From Vicugna vicugna (taxonomy: Eukaryota): 64,000 bases of DNA. A program made the translations under genes and the position numbers. The notes under the pieces are model-generated. The model saw nothing but the letters and a program-made list of their open reading frames with translations. It ran no database searches and was not told the DNA's origin. Positions 25,199 to 38,430 of this stretch are shown here, one piece after another (the first letter of the stretch is position 1; each line of letters opens with the position of its first letter). The stretch covers positions 1,798,001 to 1,862,000 of the forward strand of contig MU058009.1 in the NCBI GenBank assembly GCA_013265495.1. Direction: 5' to 3'.

Positions 25199-25319
25199 GG
25201 AGGGGAGGGCATAGCTCAAGTGGTAGAGCGCGTGCTTAGCATGCACGAGGTCCTGGGCTCGGTCCCCCGTACCTTCCCTAAAAATGAACAAATAAATAAG
25301 CCTAACCCTCCGCCCCAAA
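25199..25319 (+). mobile_element. tRNA-Ala-derived SINE of the camelid Vic-1 type
   Basis: Head GGGGAGGGCATAGCTCAAGTGGTAGAGCGCGTGCTTAGCATGCACGAGGTCCTGGG contains an A box and an AGC anticodon hairpin. Tail is AAATAAATAAGCCTAACC..CCCCAAAA. Flanked by a degenerate 16-bp TSD: AATAAGATTTTTTAGT (25183-25198) and AATAAGATTTTTAAAT (25320-25335), 14/16 identical. Confidence 0.85.
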
Positions 25320-26304
25320 AATAAGATTTTTAAATAATTTTCCTTCAAGGGCCTCATGCACCAGTCTGAGAAACGGTTTCATCTCACTTTAAGGGGAGGA
25401 CCTTGGATGAAAGAGGACAAAGGCCAATTGAAACAAGCAGCTAGAACTGGGGACTGGCTGACCCTGAAGTTTCCTCCACCCGGCATCCAGGGGCCAGATC
25501 TCCGTCCCTGGGACATCAGCCAGGAGGCTTTCTGTCTGCTTTACCACTGAGACCTTCCTTCTTCCACCCTTCACCCAGCCCCACTAAACAGGAAATGCAA
25601 CCTACTTCAGCTGAACAGGCAACCGCCCCCCAGGGCCCCAACCCCCACCCCGCCCAGCCTAAGTGCACTGTTCTTTACTATCCATTCATCATGATGCGCT
25701 GTATACATTCATTTAACAGATGCAAGGCAACCAGAAATTGTGAGACAGAGAAGACCTGGTAATAATTCTTAACACTCAGGAAACTTCTAACCAAAGGGGT
25801 CATGTGTATTGATAAGCTTCAGCTTTTGATGGTGATATTAGCACCCTGGCTTCTGAAATCCTTAGGACTGTACTGGGAGCAGGCTTGTCACTTTTAAGAT
25901 TCTAACTGCTGGCCTGATACCCTGGACTGGTTTGTCACTTGAGCAACTTTGGGGTTGTGGGAACCTAAAGAGATTTCTTAAGACACACCCATTTCAGACC
26001 CCTCCACTGCTAAACACGCAGGTACAGATAAAAATCTCCACTCAAGCGACATCATCTAAACACAGAAGTCTACAGCTAATAGTGCGCTGATAAATTGTGT
26101 TGTTTACTGGCTTTCCAGAGCAAATATTCAGCAAATACTGTATGATCAAAAGAAAACTAGAAAGAATGGTAATTTTTTTTGATTCTAGAAAAGAGATAGC
26201 TACCTCTTTGTGCATACTTTCTGCTGTAACAGTGTTTGCATAAGTTAAATATTTATAGCTCAATTTTTAGTAGATTTCAAAATGCATTGAATTTGTGAGT
26301 ATCA

Positions 26305-26330
<26 letters not shown>
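26305..26330. repeat. (GT)13 microsatellite
   Basis: Perfect dinucleotide run read directly from the sequence. Confidence 0.95.
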
Positions 26331-26336
<6 letters not shown>

Positions 26337-28712
26337 TGTGCGTGCAGGTGTGGGGGGGTGAAAAAGGACTAAGGCCTCTTGTCATGGGATAGAGCCTGAC
26401 TCAGCACCCCAGACCAGTCCAGCCCCAGTCTGAGTTCCACAGGACGATACTAACCAGAACTCCCTCTTCATGCCCTAGGCAAACGTGTTCTAAAGGATCT
26501 ATACGTGTTTCAAAAAGAATACGGGTATCTGAGCTCTAGTGCCTTATGTCTGCAGTAGATTTAACTCTTAAATGGACAGGGACTTCTGAAAGCTTTTAAC
26601 TGAATTTGTTGAATTCGGCCAACTACTTAGTGATGACGTGGGCTTGGGGGGGGAGGTGGGCAGCGCAGCTCCACCCCCTCATCTGTAAGGAGAGGGTACC
26701 CTCTCCGACCCACCTCCCAGCGTTATCTTCAGGTCCACATGCGCTGGGAGCTGAAAACTCAGAATAGGAAGGCAAAGTCAGGCATTCCTGAAGGAGACTC
26801 CTGGAGAGACACAAACGGGGCTCGCCTTGCATCCCTGCAGGTGGCTGCCTGCGCCTGCGCACTGGCCCTCTGCAACCTGGAGCTGCTCTCTCAGGCTCCT
26901 TTTCCCCCAGGAAACGTTCTTTCTGGCTGAGTTCCAACGACTTTCGCTGTGACGCTACTTGTGAGGTTTTTGTGGAAGGTTTACTTTCTATCCGACTGCA
27001 GCTGGTCAGCACCGTAGGTGCAGTGCTGAGCGCCTGGCAGTCAGGCGCAGCACTGCTAATCAGACCTTGTGTGGAAATAACTCTCACCTTTATGGACATA
27101 AACAGCGACTGGTAGTTCCTTGACCTAGAGACCCCTAGAGCAGCACCAAGAACTTGGGAGCTGGGACTGACGGCCAGCTTCTTCCACTGTGCCTTCATCG
27201 GACCCTTAACGCGTCGTGTCAGCATTTCATTCTAGTACTGACGTGGTTTTGCATCTTTTAGGAGAATGTACTCACGGGGGAGCAAACACTCTCCACACTA
27301 CCCTCACCTTCTCCCTCCCCTCTGCCTTAGGTACCACTTGCCTGACTTCTTCATTTTATGGAAGGAGAGATGGAATATCAAAGAAGTAGCCTTTGGTTAG
27401 GAGCCCCTAGTGGTCAGGGGTAGAGCAGAGGCCAGAGTTCTGGATTCCCTGTTCCGTGGTCCTTCTTCTCTACTAGGTTAGGCGTCCTGCTAACCTCCCA
27501 GACTAAAGCATCAATTCTAACCCATACACTGAAATATAGGACAGCCGAGGCTCTGCCTTTCTTGCATTCTTCAAGGGCTGCAGAGCTCAGAGATTCCCCT
27601 CCACCCCAGTTTACCCATTGGCACCCCAGTTTTCCAAATGCATCCAGGTGGGATGCCCAGGTTCAAGACCATCCTGATTTCTGGGTGTCTTCTAGCTACT
27701 GAGCCGCTGCATGGGATAGAATGAATAGAATCCAGCTTCGTAGCCAGAAAAGTCTGGGTTTTACTGCTGCCGCCCCACGTCAAGCTGTGTGGTATTGGAC
27801 CGATCACATAACCATCGCTCAGGCTCATTTCTTCAGTCGTAAACCATCTGTCCTGCCTTAGAGGGTTGTCATGAGGGCCAGATAACACAACGCCTGTAAA
27901 AGCACTTTGGAACAGAAAATGCTGTAGGCGGATTGTCATTGTTATCAACGTTTGACTCATCCTCTTATGTCCAAGACTGAAAATGTTTCTTCCATTGATG
28001 TCAGAACAAAAAAAGCGTTGAACAAAGCGAAGACCCAGAGCTGCATTTCTGCTCTGGAGTCCCCTGTGTTACAGGGTCTATGCTGGGCTTTCCAGTGTGT
28101 AGACGGAAACCAAACAAAACAAAACAAAAAAGAAGAAGAAAAAGCAAGCAGCAAATACTGCTTGGTTTTGCATTTTCCCTTCTGTTTTCTGATTAGAGTG
28201 TCTATGGCCTGTGAGTGCAGAGAACCTCAAAAGACTGTGTTCGCTGCGGATAAGCACCCAACCTGATGTTTATCAGCACTTATCTCCTGCAAACTCACTC
28301 TCTGGAGGCTTCAAAGACGGGGGAGATCGCTCAGCCTTGTTCTGAGGGGAGGCAAGCTCCTGCAGGGCTCCGGCAGCAGGTGTGGCCCCAGAGCCCTCCT
28401 TCCATCCGTCAGTCCACAGGAACAGGGCTCTCTGCTCCTCCCCACGCAGAAGAGGGAAGCAGCAGGTTTACCCAGTGCTTGAGGATGGGTAGGGGGTGGT
28501 GGGAGCAGCAGAAGAAAGGAATATTTGGAAACAAGCTCAGAAAGGCTGAGAAAGTCGGTAAAGAGGGGCGAGAGGGGTGGGTAGACCCCCTCCTTCCCTC
28601 CCTCACCCCCACCCCACCCCTGCCCACCCCAGTCCTCATTCTGACCCGCTCACCGTCCCCTACCTCCTTGGGTGCGCCCACCACTCTCAACTCAGAGCAA
28701 TTGTCAGCAGGG

Positions 28713-28868
28713 NNNNNNNNNNNNNNNNNNNNNNNNNNNNNNNNNNNNNNNNNNNNNNNNNNNNNNNNNNNNNNNNNNNNNNNNNNNNNNNNNNNNNNNN
28801 NNNNNNNNNNNNNNNNNNNNNNNNNNNNNNNNNNNNNNNNNNNNNNNNNNNNNNNNNNNNNNNNNNNN
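28713..28868. other. Assembly gap (156 N)
   Basis: Run of N. Confidence 0.99.
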
Positions 28869-29431
28869 GTGAAAGTACCTCCAGTTATGAATGGAGCTCT
28901 TTGTTACCTTCCAGATGGACAAGACAGACTGTTTGGTTCATGTCTGTGAACCAGCAAAGAAGTGCAGGGGCCTGGGAGACAGATGTGGCCTTAATTGCAT
29001 GGAAATATTAGAAGATCGTTAAGCCATTTTGACAGAATTTTCCTCCTGCTGCAGGAGCAAAGGGCCACGTCTGAGCTGCGTCAGGTCTGGCCAGACCCTC
29101 TGGCTGTGCCTCTTGTCCCCACGTGTGAGGGACGGGTGGGTCTGGATTCACTTGCCCTGATGTTAGAGGGGCACAGTGGCCCCTGCCAGCCAGGTCTGCG
29201 CCTGTCTGGGCCCCTAAGTGCAGACAGCAGCCTCCCGAGAAACCCCCGGCCCAAGGTGGGGAGGGAAGCTGAAGTAAACACTCGGGAATGTGCGCGGACA
29301 CACGGGGGGACGGTGGTCAGACGGCCTCTGTCTGAGAGGTGTGCTCCCTAGGGCTCTCGAGGGACCCGTGCGGGGCCTGAAAGAGTAAATCTGTGATCGC
29401 AACGGAAAACGGTATCCAAAGACATCTGCGC

Positions 29432-29745
29432 TTTGCTTTCTTTCTTTCTTTTTTCTATTTTTTTTTTGTATTGATGTATAGTCGATTTACAATGCTGTGT
29501 TAGTTTCTGATGTAGAGCATGGTGATTCAGTTATACATATGCACACACATATATATATATATATGCCTTTTCATATTCTTTTCCATTACAGGCCATTATA
29601 AGATATTGTATGTGGTTCCCTGTGCTGTACAGTAGGACCTTGTTGCTTGTCTATTTTATACATAGCAGTTAATATCTGCAAATCCCAAACTCCCAGTTTA
29701 TCCCTCCCCACCGACCTCCCCCACTGGTAACCATACGCTTTCTAT
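29432..29745 (-). mobile_element. 5'-truncated LINE-1 3' end (cetartiodactyl-type 3' UTR)
   Basis: T-rich head, then ..GTCGATTTACAATGCTGTGTTAGTTTCTG..GATTCAGTTATACATAT..GTTCCCTGTGCTGTACAGTAGGACCTTG..TTATCCCTCCCC, which is the reverse complement of the laurasiatherian L1 terminus. It contains an internal (TA)n tract. Confidence 0.8.
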
Positions 29746-31645
29746 GTTGTAAATCAAGTCAACATGTTTTCTATCTGTCCCTGTTCCCCCTTGGAGATCA
29801 CATTTGGTGTTTACAGAAGTAGTGCTCTATTGGGAGTCCTGAAATGAAGTCAGAGAAACCCTTGAACGATGTTGGGTTGTCAAAGACCAAGACCCCATAA
29901 ATGTGGTCAACCTCGTTTCCCGTCGGCCCGCCTGACTGTGGCCCCACGTGCTTTCACTCCCTCCTCTTCCTCTACTTCCAGTTAGTGGTCTGTATGCTTA
30001 AAGAATGAATTTTTTTCAAACATTCACCTAAATTAAAAGTAATGAAGAGGATTTATCTGCTCTGAGGGAAGGGGAAACCCCTTTAAAACTGTATGTAGTT
30101 CAAGAATCCCTTTGGGTTATAAGAGTAAATATTTCAGATCAAATCTCTCTCAGTGAGATCGGAGCATCCATTGTTGACCACTAGGACCCGAAGTGGGTCT
30201 GTACCCTTCAGAGGGTTAGGTAATCTGAGGCATCCTGATGGTCTGGTCACCTCTTAGCATTGGTGTGGCAGGTGGTTGCTTAGATGATGTTAGACCATGG
30301 CCAGGGAGGGATGGGGACCAGAAAGGAAGGGAGGTGGCGAGGAGGGAGAGAAGGTGTAGCAGCAGAGATTCTGTTTTCATGCAGATGTTGCTGTTGTGGG
30401 AAGAAGGGAAGGGCTCCCAGGCAGAGTTGGCACCCAGAGCCCCAGGCTGTGTCCGTCAAGGTTGCTGCTCCCCTAAGGGCTAAGCATTTGAGAAGCACCC
30501 GTGATGTGTCACAGGGCCAAGAGCACGTGGTCTGCAGGTCTGCTTTCCAGCACAGTCACCTGCCCACTGGGACTTGGGCTCCGGGGCTGAGCAGCCTGCC
30601 AGGATTTGGGCATCCTACTGCAGGATCTGACCACCTTGCAGATCCCACAAGATCGAGACTCTGTTTGAAGGTTCTGCAGTGAGAGCCACAGCCTTTTACT
30701 AAACGGAGACAGTGCCCTTCCAAATCCCTGACGCAGCAGCCCTGGATGGTGGCGGTGCCGGGTCTGCGCCCCTTCTCTCCGCTGTATGCTCTCTAGACCC
30801 GGGATGAAATGTTTACCTGAGGTCCTCGCTGGCTGTTTGTGACCAGGAAAGTCCCTCGCAGTCCGTGTGCTGACAGTCAGTGGAGTGTTAACGCCCTCCC
30901 CTTGACACACTCCTGCTCAGTTCACTGCTCTCCCCTCCTCTGAAATCCCCCAGCCTCGGCAGCTGCTTCATGCCCCGCCACCTTCTCGGGGGGCGACGGG
31001 CAGCTGCTCAGCTCCTTTCGATGGGACACTGGGCTGTCTGCGGAAGCCATCACCTCACACCGTTCCGTTAAAACGCAGCGCCTTACACGTTCCAGACCTC
31101 TCCTTGGCAGACCTGGTTCTCCTCTCATTTGACCCTCACCACATGCCTTCATTCCCACTACCTTTAATTCAGGATCGTCCCCTGCTCCCTCTCGCACCAT
31201 CACCTTCCTCCCCATGGGCACCGGCCCTGGTCACACAGCACATCCAGAGCAGCTGCTCCCTTGTCCAGGGGCCCCTTCTAGTCCCCAGATCACCACACCC
31301 TTGCCAGGTATTTACTCCGCCACAGAGACATGGCCAGACCAGTGAGGGGGAAGTTCCTACAAATCTCCTAATTCCAGGGTCACCAGCAAAGGCTTGTAAA
31401 ACTCTCTGATGTCATTTTCCATTGACCCATTCTTCACTTTTCACACAGTCCCTGGTCCATAGCACAAGTCCAATAAATATTTGTCAAATAAGTGAAATGC
31501 ATCAATGAATGAATGCATGCTTTTTTGTGCCAAATATGTTTCATGATCCCATAATGAGACAGGACGTGTTAAAGAAATATCCCGAGGGACCGTCACAGGT
31601 TTTGAGCAGCACGTAGTCCAGCCACCAGGCACCAAGGGTCCAGAA

Positions 31646-31850
31646 CCCGTGCTGATTAATGCAGTCACCACCAGTGACACAGGGCTGTTATTTACATTAA
31701 CTAAAAGTAACTAAAGCTTAAAGAGTCAGCACCTCCGTCACATGGGTCACATTTGAAATGCTCAGAGCCGCACAGGGCTGGTGGCTTCTGTATTGCACGG
31801 TGCAGACTGGAGAACATCCCCATCGCAGGAAGTTCTACTGGACAGCACTG
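31646..31850 (-). mobile_element. MER3-like hAT-Charlie MITE
   Basis: Ends ..CACATTTGAAATGCTC..AGAACATCCCCATCGCAGGAAGTTCTACTGGACAGCACTG, the reverse complement of the MER3 5' end. Confidence 0.65.
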
Positions 31851-34800
31851 GTCTAAAGGGCCAAATGAAAGAGTCCAGTTTCCTTCTACGTAAAAGAACC
31901 ACCGGTTTATGTGAATGTTTTTGCCTCGTCGTTCTGAGTTTATCCTAAGACTGAGGTTGTAGAGCACACGTACCCTTGTTCCTTTCCACAATCCTCACCA
32001 CTTTAAAAGACATCCAAGCTGGGAGACCCGAAACTTTTCTTGGTTCAGGCTTAGAAGGAGCTGGGCGTCCACAGGTTCCCGAGAAGGGCAGGGTAGGGAG
32101 GGTTGGCATCGCTGGCTTTGACTGTCTCATGAAAACCACCAAGCCCTACTGATGGTGGGCGATCCCAGTGGGGCAGAAACCCAAGCAGAAGCAACAGTGT
32201 AAGAATTTGACAGCCCGTGACAGCGGAGCCTGCAGTCAAGGGAACTGAGCAGGGCAAGGAGCTGACAGGCCTGGGTGAGGTTTTGGACACCTCCTCACAG
32301 CATCCTCGTCTAGTCGGCCAGTTGCCCATTTCCCGTAAGTTTCTGGAATGTCAAGGATTAAGGCTCACAGCCACCATGATCGGTGTCCTTGAAACAGACA
32401 AACAGGTGTGGCTCCTGCGGGGCAAGGCCGGTACTTCCAGAATCTTCCAAGAGTCGAGCACTAAGTATCCTTTATAGAGAGGGTAACCAAATTGGCCCCA
32501 AGTCCCTAGGAACTGTCAGTGGGCTTCAGCTGGGTTTTCTGCTCAACCAGCTTTACTGGGAGTGACAAAGAAAATACCTCCATGGAATCCCACTGAGACG
32601 TTGTCACCGGAAGGCCACGGCAGGACTCGTTCACAAAGCATCTGCTTTTCCTATAGACGGATGCAGAGAGACAGGAGGCCCAGTGCCAGAATGCCTAGGT
32701 TTGGCACTCACGTCCACGAGGATGAAGGCCAACCCAGTGGGCAACTGCTCCGAGGGTGGCAGCCAGCTGAAAGGCCAGCTGGGTCCCAGAGACAGAGTCT
32801 CGGCTCCAAGATGAGCGACACTTGGCTTCTGGAGTGTAGACCAGGCTGTCCCCCATTCTCCTGACCACCCCCCCCCCGCCCCGGAAGGAGGGCAGGGGTG
32901 ACTAGCCGTGGCCCGTGGGGCTGAGGCACACTGGGGAATCCAGGTTCCTCACAGACAGGGTGGCCCCATAATGCATCATCCAAACCAGGATAATTTAGAG
33001 AGTGAAAGGAGGCATTATTAAGCACTTTCTAGAACAACAGTCATCAACTGGGACCGTCCCAGGCAAACGGGGCTGTAGGCTCAATCTAACAATCAACTGT
33101 AGGACTGAAGCCCTGGCAGGGAGCTCACCGCTCTCACCGCTCACAGTCCTTTTGTGTCTTGGTAAAGAAACAGGCCCTGGGGTAATGAAGCGCTTTTCCT
33201 GGATTAGAACCTGTGAATTAGAACGAGAAGGTTAGCCCTCAGGAGCGCTCACTCTGCGGCAGGGGTGAGGTAGAACCTTATCATCACCCGTTAGCTCGCC
33301 CCGTTCTCACATTAACCTGGGAAGTAGGTTCCGCCCTTGTGCCCACTGTTGGGATGAGGAAACCAAGGTATTAACTGGTAAAATAGAAATAAAAGCAAAG
33401 TGACGAGGCAGTCTAGAATACCGTGGTGAATCAGTGGCAGACAGAAAGTACCGCCGACTTCAGCAGAGTGAGGGCTCCAGCAGTGGGCCGCAGGGCGGCG
33501 AAACCTCCTGGCAGAGGTGCTGAGAGGTCCCCTTCCACGCATCTCAGGTGCTGCCTCCCCCAAGCCCCTCACTCACGCCCCCCGTGCCCCCAGCACGCAT
33601 GCCTGTGTTATGTCGGCCTCTCCCCAGGCTTGAGCAACTTGGGGGCCAGCGTGTGATTTTCAAGTCTCATTTCTCTCGGCATCCCCTGTTCCCGGCCGAA
33701 CGTCTGGCACATAGTAGGTCCTCCATGAAGGTCTGGTGGATGAATGAGATGTGATGAGGCAGAGGGGGGCAAAGGAAGGCAGTTCTGTACGAGGATGGCC
33801 GGACTGAGCACAGGGAGAAGGAAGCTGGTTTCACGTGGGTGTTTGCAGACACCCAACGCGTAATCAAGACGTGTATTAAACAGATGGCTACTGGGTGCGA
33901 GTGCTGGTGAGAAAGGGCTGGCAGGTCTTATATAATGAGATCCTGTTTAAAATAGGATGCTAAAATGCAGGAGAAGGAATGAGAGAGGGAGAAGGGATGG
34001 GGCAGAATGCAGGAATAAGTGGAGACAACAGAGGGGAAAATGAACAGAGGGTGGGCACGGAGTGGAGGAGCAGACTGCAGTAAACCCGGGAGGTGGGGCT
34101 GAGGAGCCTGCCCAGAAACCTGACCTCCGGAGGCACCCTCCTCCCAATCCTCCCACTCCACCACACTGCAGCCATCTGATGACCATCTCCCCCGGGGCCG
34201 CAAGAGAACTAAACCCCTTGGACAGCCTGGCCCATCCAGAGGTGACCGCTGGAGGTCCTGCAGACTCGGGACTCACTGGGCATGCGGTCACCCAGCGTGG
34301 CCCCTCGGCATGAATCACGGAAGGAAACAGACGTAAAAACTGGGCATGGGTTCGGGCTCCCTTTTTCCCAACAACCCGTGAGGAAACGAAACCAAGTGGA
34401 GTCTCCGGTGCCGGGCCCATCTGTCCATCAAGGTGAAGTGGATTCGCCCTGACTGGGCCAGCCGAGGGTCATAGACACTTGGATCTCTGCACACAGGGGG
34501 TGGGACTCCCTGCGTCTAGAGGCTGGTCTGCTCTCGTGCCCTGCGGGGGGCGCCCTGAGCGCAGCTGGAAGACCAGAGCCACGGCCCCTGTGCGCTTGTT
34601 TCCTCCCCGACTTCCTGTGATTATGAGAGCACTCGTTGCCATGGAAACTGTCACATGAGGGCATCCTCCGATAAGATCACAGCTTCTAGGAAAAGGACCT
34701 CAAGTGCTTTTGGGGGGAGGGGATGATGGGGGGAGTGGTCAGTGGCTTCTTGATTAAATTTGAACAAGAAAAGGTCACTGGGTGTGGCTGGTTAAAACAA

Positions 34801-37800
34801 TAGACAAACTTGGGTGTCAGGCTTTAATGGCTCGTGGCCCAGAGTAACGGGAAGTCTGGCTCTGGCAGAGGTGCCAGTGGGGGAGGGAGGGCTCGGCATT
34901 TTCCATCATGCTCTAGGGTTCTTATCCATTAAAGACTTGTTGCACAACTACCAGATGCTGGGATCTGTACAAGTCACTGGGTGCAAACCGTGAATAAGAT
35001 GCATGTGGTCCCTATCTTTGGGTGCCTCTAGCAGCAGAACTGGTCTTTGAGAGAAAGGATGGGACAGTTCCCAGCACTCCAGGAGCTGAAGAAGCACCCA
35101 AGGGCACATGCCACCTACACTTCCTCTTCTCCCCAGTGCTTGCAAAAATGGCAGCAAATGCCATCGCCTCTGCTGGTGGCCAAGTGTCTGCTTCCCCCTG
35201 GGGGAACCCACTGTTTCAGCTCTGAACTGCCTCCCGCCCCCATCCCTTCATCACCACAGACCAGACTGAGATCCTCTGGGTCCAGCTGCAGGGCCAGACC
35301 CATGAAGGCCAAGTCCCAGGGGAAACTCTGAGAGCCCCGCTCCCAGGAGCTAAATCCTGTCTCCGGGTGTCCTGTTCCCCTGCAGTGGGGGGATCTCAGG
35401 TTCTATGAGGAAACACTGCAGCCACTCCCCATGAGGATGCTTCTTCCAAGCGTCCAGCTCTCCACGGTCGGAGCAGTGTGGCCATTCATCATCGTCAAAG
35501 AGAACAAAACATTCAGGAGAAGACAGTTTAAATTTTCCAGGAACCAAGAAGTTAGGTAATTTGCCCCAGGTCGCACAGCCAGTAAAGCCCCGCGTTGACC
35601 CAGCTGGTAGCCGGCGCCTTGTATTGGAGCAGATTTTACGACAGCACCCTGTGGAGTGAGGAGAGCAACGGAGTGGGTCGCTTCCTTTGCCCTTTGCCTT
35701 TGACCCCATCCGGCAGCAAACATGCTCAGGGATCCTCTGGAGAAAGAAGCTGCCCCTCGCCCATCCAGATCTTCAGCCGTCCTCTCGTGACACTGCCTCC
35801 ACAATCAGAAATACGCACTCTGCGGCAGGGAAACATTCCGATGCATAACCACCCACGTGTGCTGCGGGGGCACCTGGATGCCAACCCCTTGTCGTGGAGC
35901 AGAGTCTCAGGGGAACTGCTGTGCCAGCCATTGACCCTTCAGTTGCCCGGGCAGAGGAGGAAGGAGGGGGCTCAGAGCAGCAGCACTCAGCCTCCGGTGT
36001 GGAAGTATCCCAGTATGTTTCCCGGCTGGTGCAGGGAACCAGGCGGGACACAGTCCCAGGGCAAGGGATGAGCAGCGACATCGACTGGGATCTGCTGCCG
36101 CTCCCCTGCCTGCTCCTCCCCTGGCGTCTGGGGCTGTGACTTGATGGTTGACAGCTCTCTCTTTAGCACCACCCCTTTGCACCTGGCAGGGCTTTGTCTA
36201 ACCTTTGCAGCCGATCAGCACGGGCAGGAGAATAAGGGCTCAGTCTCACAGAAGAGATCATCTGAGCTTCCCAGTCGTGTTGAGTCTGGCTCCACGTCCC
36301 ACCCTCGTGCTGCCCCGTCCTCGGGCACCGGGGAATCCGCCTCCATGGTCAGGTCACCACCCATCACTGGAGAGGAGCCTGGCCCTCAGATGGTCAGATG
36401 GAGCGAGTTACACGCGACAGATCATGCTGGCCCTTTCACTGTCCCACTGTCATTGAGAATCAGCAGCTTGCAGAGAGGTCAGGCCCACAGTAAAGAAACA
36501 GAAAGTACAGATACTGTAAAATGCTCCCTTCTTGGGGCTCAGACAAACCTTCTGTCGCCCTTCCTGTCAGCTTCCATATTCAGCGCTTTTTCTTCTTTTC
36601 AGCAGTAAAAGCATTCTCCGTGGGAGGAGAATTTCACTTTGATCTTTAGAGATGCCCTTTAAATGTGGTTATGGTCAAAAAGTGACTGTGAAAACTCAGT
36701 GTCAACGGGCAAAAGTAGATACCCACGGGAGATGTGGAGGCGCATCTGAAGGGAGACTGTGAGCAACAGGGGACTCCGGCCCTGGGTCCTGCTATGCGGG
36801 CTGCCTTTACGGACCCTCAGATCCTCTCCTCTGAACTCACTGAGGCTCATCCCGTTAATTTATTAAACTCCATTAAATAAAGTACTTTCATCTACGAAGG
36901 ATTTCAATTCCATCTTCTAGGAACGTGGCCAGCTGCCTTTCTGGGCTGGTCCCAGCAAAAGTGCCCTCCCCAGTTAGTGAAGATTTAAGTGACAGGGACA
37001 GGGGTGGAGGACAGGGGGGTAGGGTTGCGAGGGTTAGAAATTCCAAGAAGTTACTTCAGAAGTCAGCCGAGCACTCTGAGTTTCCAAGGCCAATTTGGCC
37101 ACAGGGCACAGCCCAGGGTGGGACAAGAGCCCTCAGACCGGAGACGGTTCGGGGCAAAGAGTGGACGCTTTGCAGGAAGGCAAGAGGGTGGGGAGTCACT
37201 AGCTGAGGGACGGAAGTCCCACGCCTCTGGACACCTCGGTTTTCTTTTCAGTAAGATAAGGGTCCTAACTCACATCTTCAAAGGTTAAATGAGGTAACGG
37301 TTGTCAAAGTTCCGTGTGTACTTCAGGTTATCAGATAACTCCTGTCTTACTTGTCCTTTCTAATTTGAAACAGTGGTCCTTGCCTGTTGTTCTTCGCTGG
37401 TTTTCTCGTTGTTTGTCTGAAGCAGCTTCCCTGCGGGGCTGTCACAGGCGTTAGACCTCAGCGCTGAGCCTGATCCGCCCTCGCTGCACGAACCCTAGAC
37501 AGGGCAGGCTTCGTGCCTCGACTTCCCTCGTAGTCAGTCCTGGTGCCGGCGCCTGCCAGCCTGCGCCCGTAACCGTAGTGACAAGGCCCCTCACACGATC
37601 GCCCTCTGCCTCCTTGGAACATGGGTTCCCTTGGTGCTGGTGAAGGGGACAGGAGATGCACCAGGGGCCACGTGAGAAACTGCCCCCAAATCCAGCGGCA
37701 CCAAACAGCTGTTGTGCCTGCGGCTTCTGTCAGCCTTCACTGACGGTTCCTCACTCCCAGGTCTGGAGGCTGACGCGGGCTGGGGGCTGGCGGCCTCAGC

Positions 37801-38410
37801 TGCTCTCTGTGTGGACCTCTCCGAGTGAACCTCTCCATGTAGTTTCTCTGCTTGGGCTGGTTTGGGCTTCCGCGTGGGATGCTGGCCGCTGCCCAAGGGC
37901 CAGAGGCCCGAGAGAGATCAAGAAGCAGGTGGACGTCCTGACGCCTTTGCTGCCTCACTGGAAGCCACGCGAGGTCACTTCTGCCCCCTTCCATTTGTTG
38001 AGGTGTCACAGTGTCCCCTCTGGGCTCAAGGGGAAGGATGGAGGCGCTGCCTCTTGGTGGGGAGTGGCAAAGACTGGAAAGACAGCTCTGGCTGTTCTGG
38101 GGAAAGAGCCTCCCCGACGTGAGCAGGGGCAGCGCCTGCCCTGTCCTGAGCAGAAGAGCTTTCAGTTAGGACTGGGCGACTGGTGCATGGTTGCCACCTT
38201 CTTCCTTCTCCAACCTTGCCAAAAATGTGCCCCCCCTTCCCTTGCACCCCTGCCCTCTGCGAGATGGAAATAATGAGCTGGAAAGGGCATGGGGCCGGCA
38301 GTCAGGGGATGGAGAAGCCAAAGGCCTGAACTCACTCACAGGAGCCACCTTCTCCCGACACTTAGGATGTGACTGTGGCGAGACATCCCCCCTACCCCCG
38401 CCACACATGC

Positions 38411-38430
38411 ACACACACACACACACACAC
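38411..38430. repeat. (AC)10 microsatellite
   Basis: Perfect dinucleotide run read directly from the sequence. Confidence 0.9.

Noticed and set aside
25205-25276. Possible functional tRNA-Ala(AGC) gene
   Set aside because: The T loop and B box are degenerate, and it has a SINE tail and target-site duplication, so it was called a Vic-1-type SINE.
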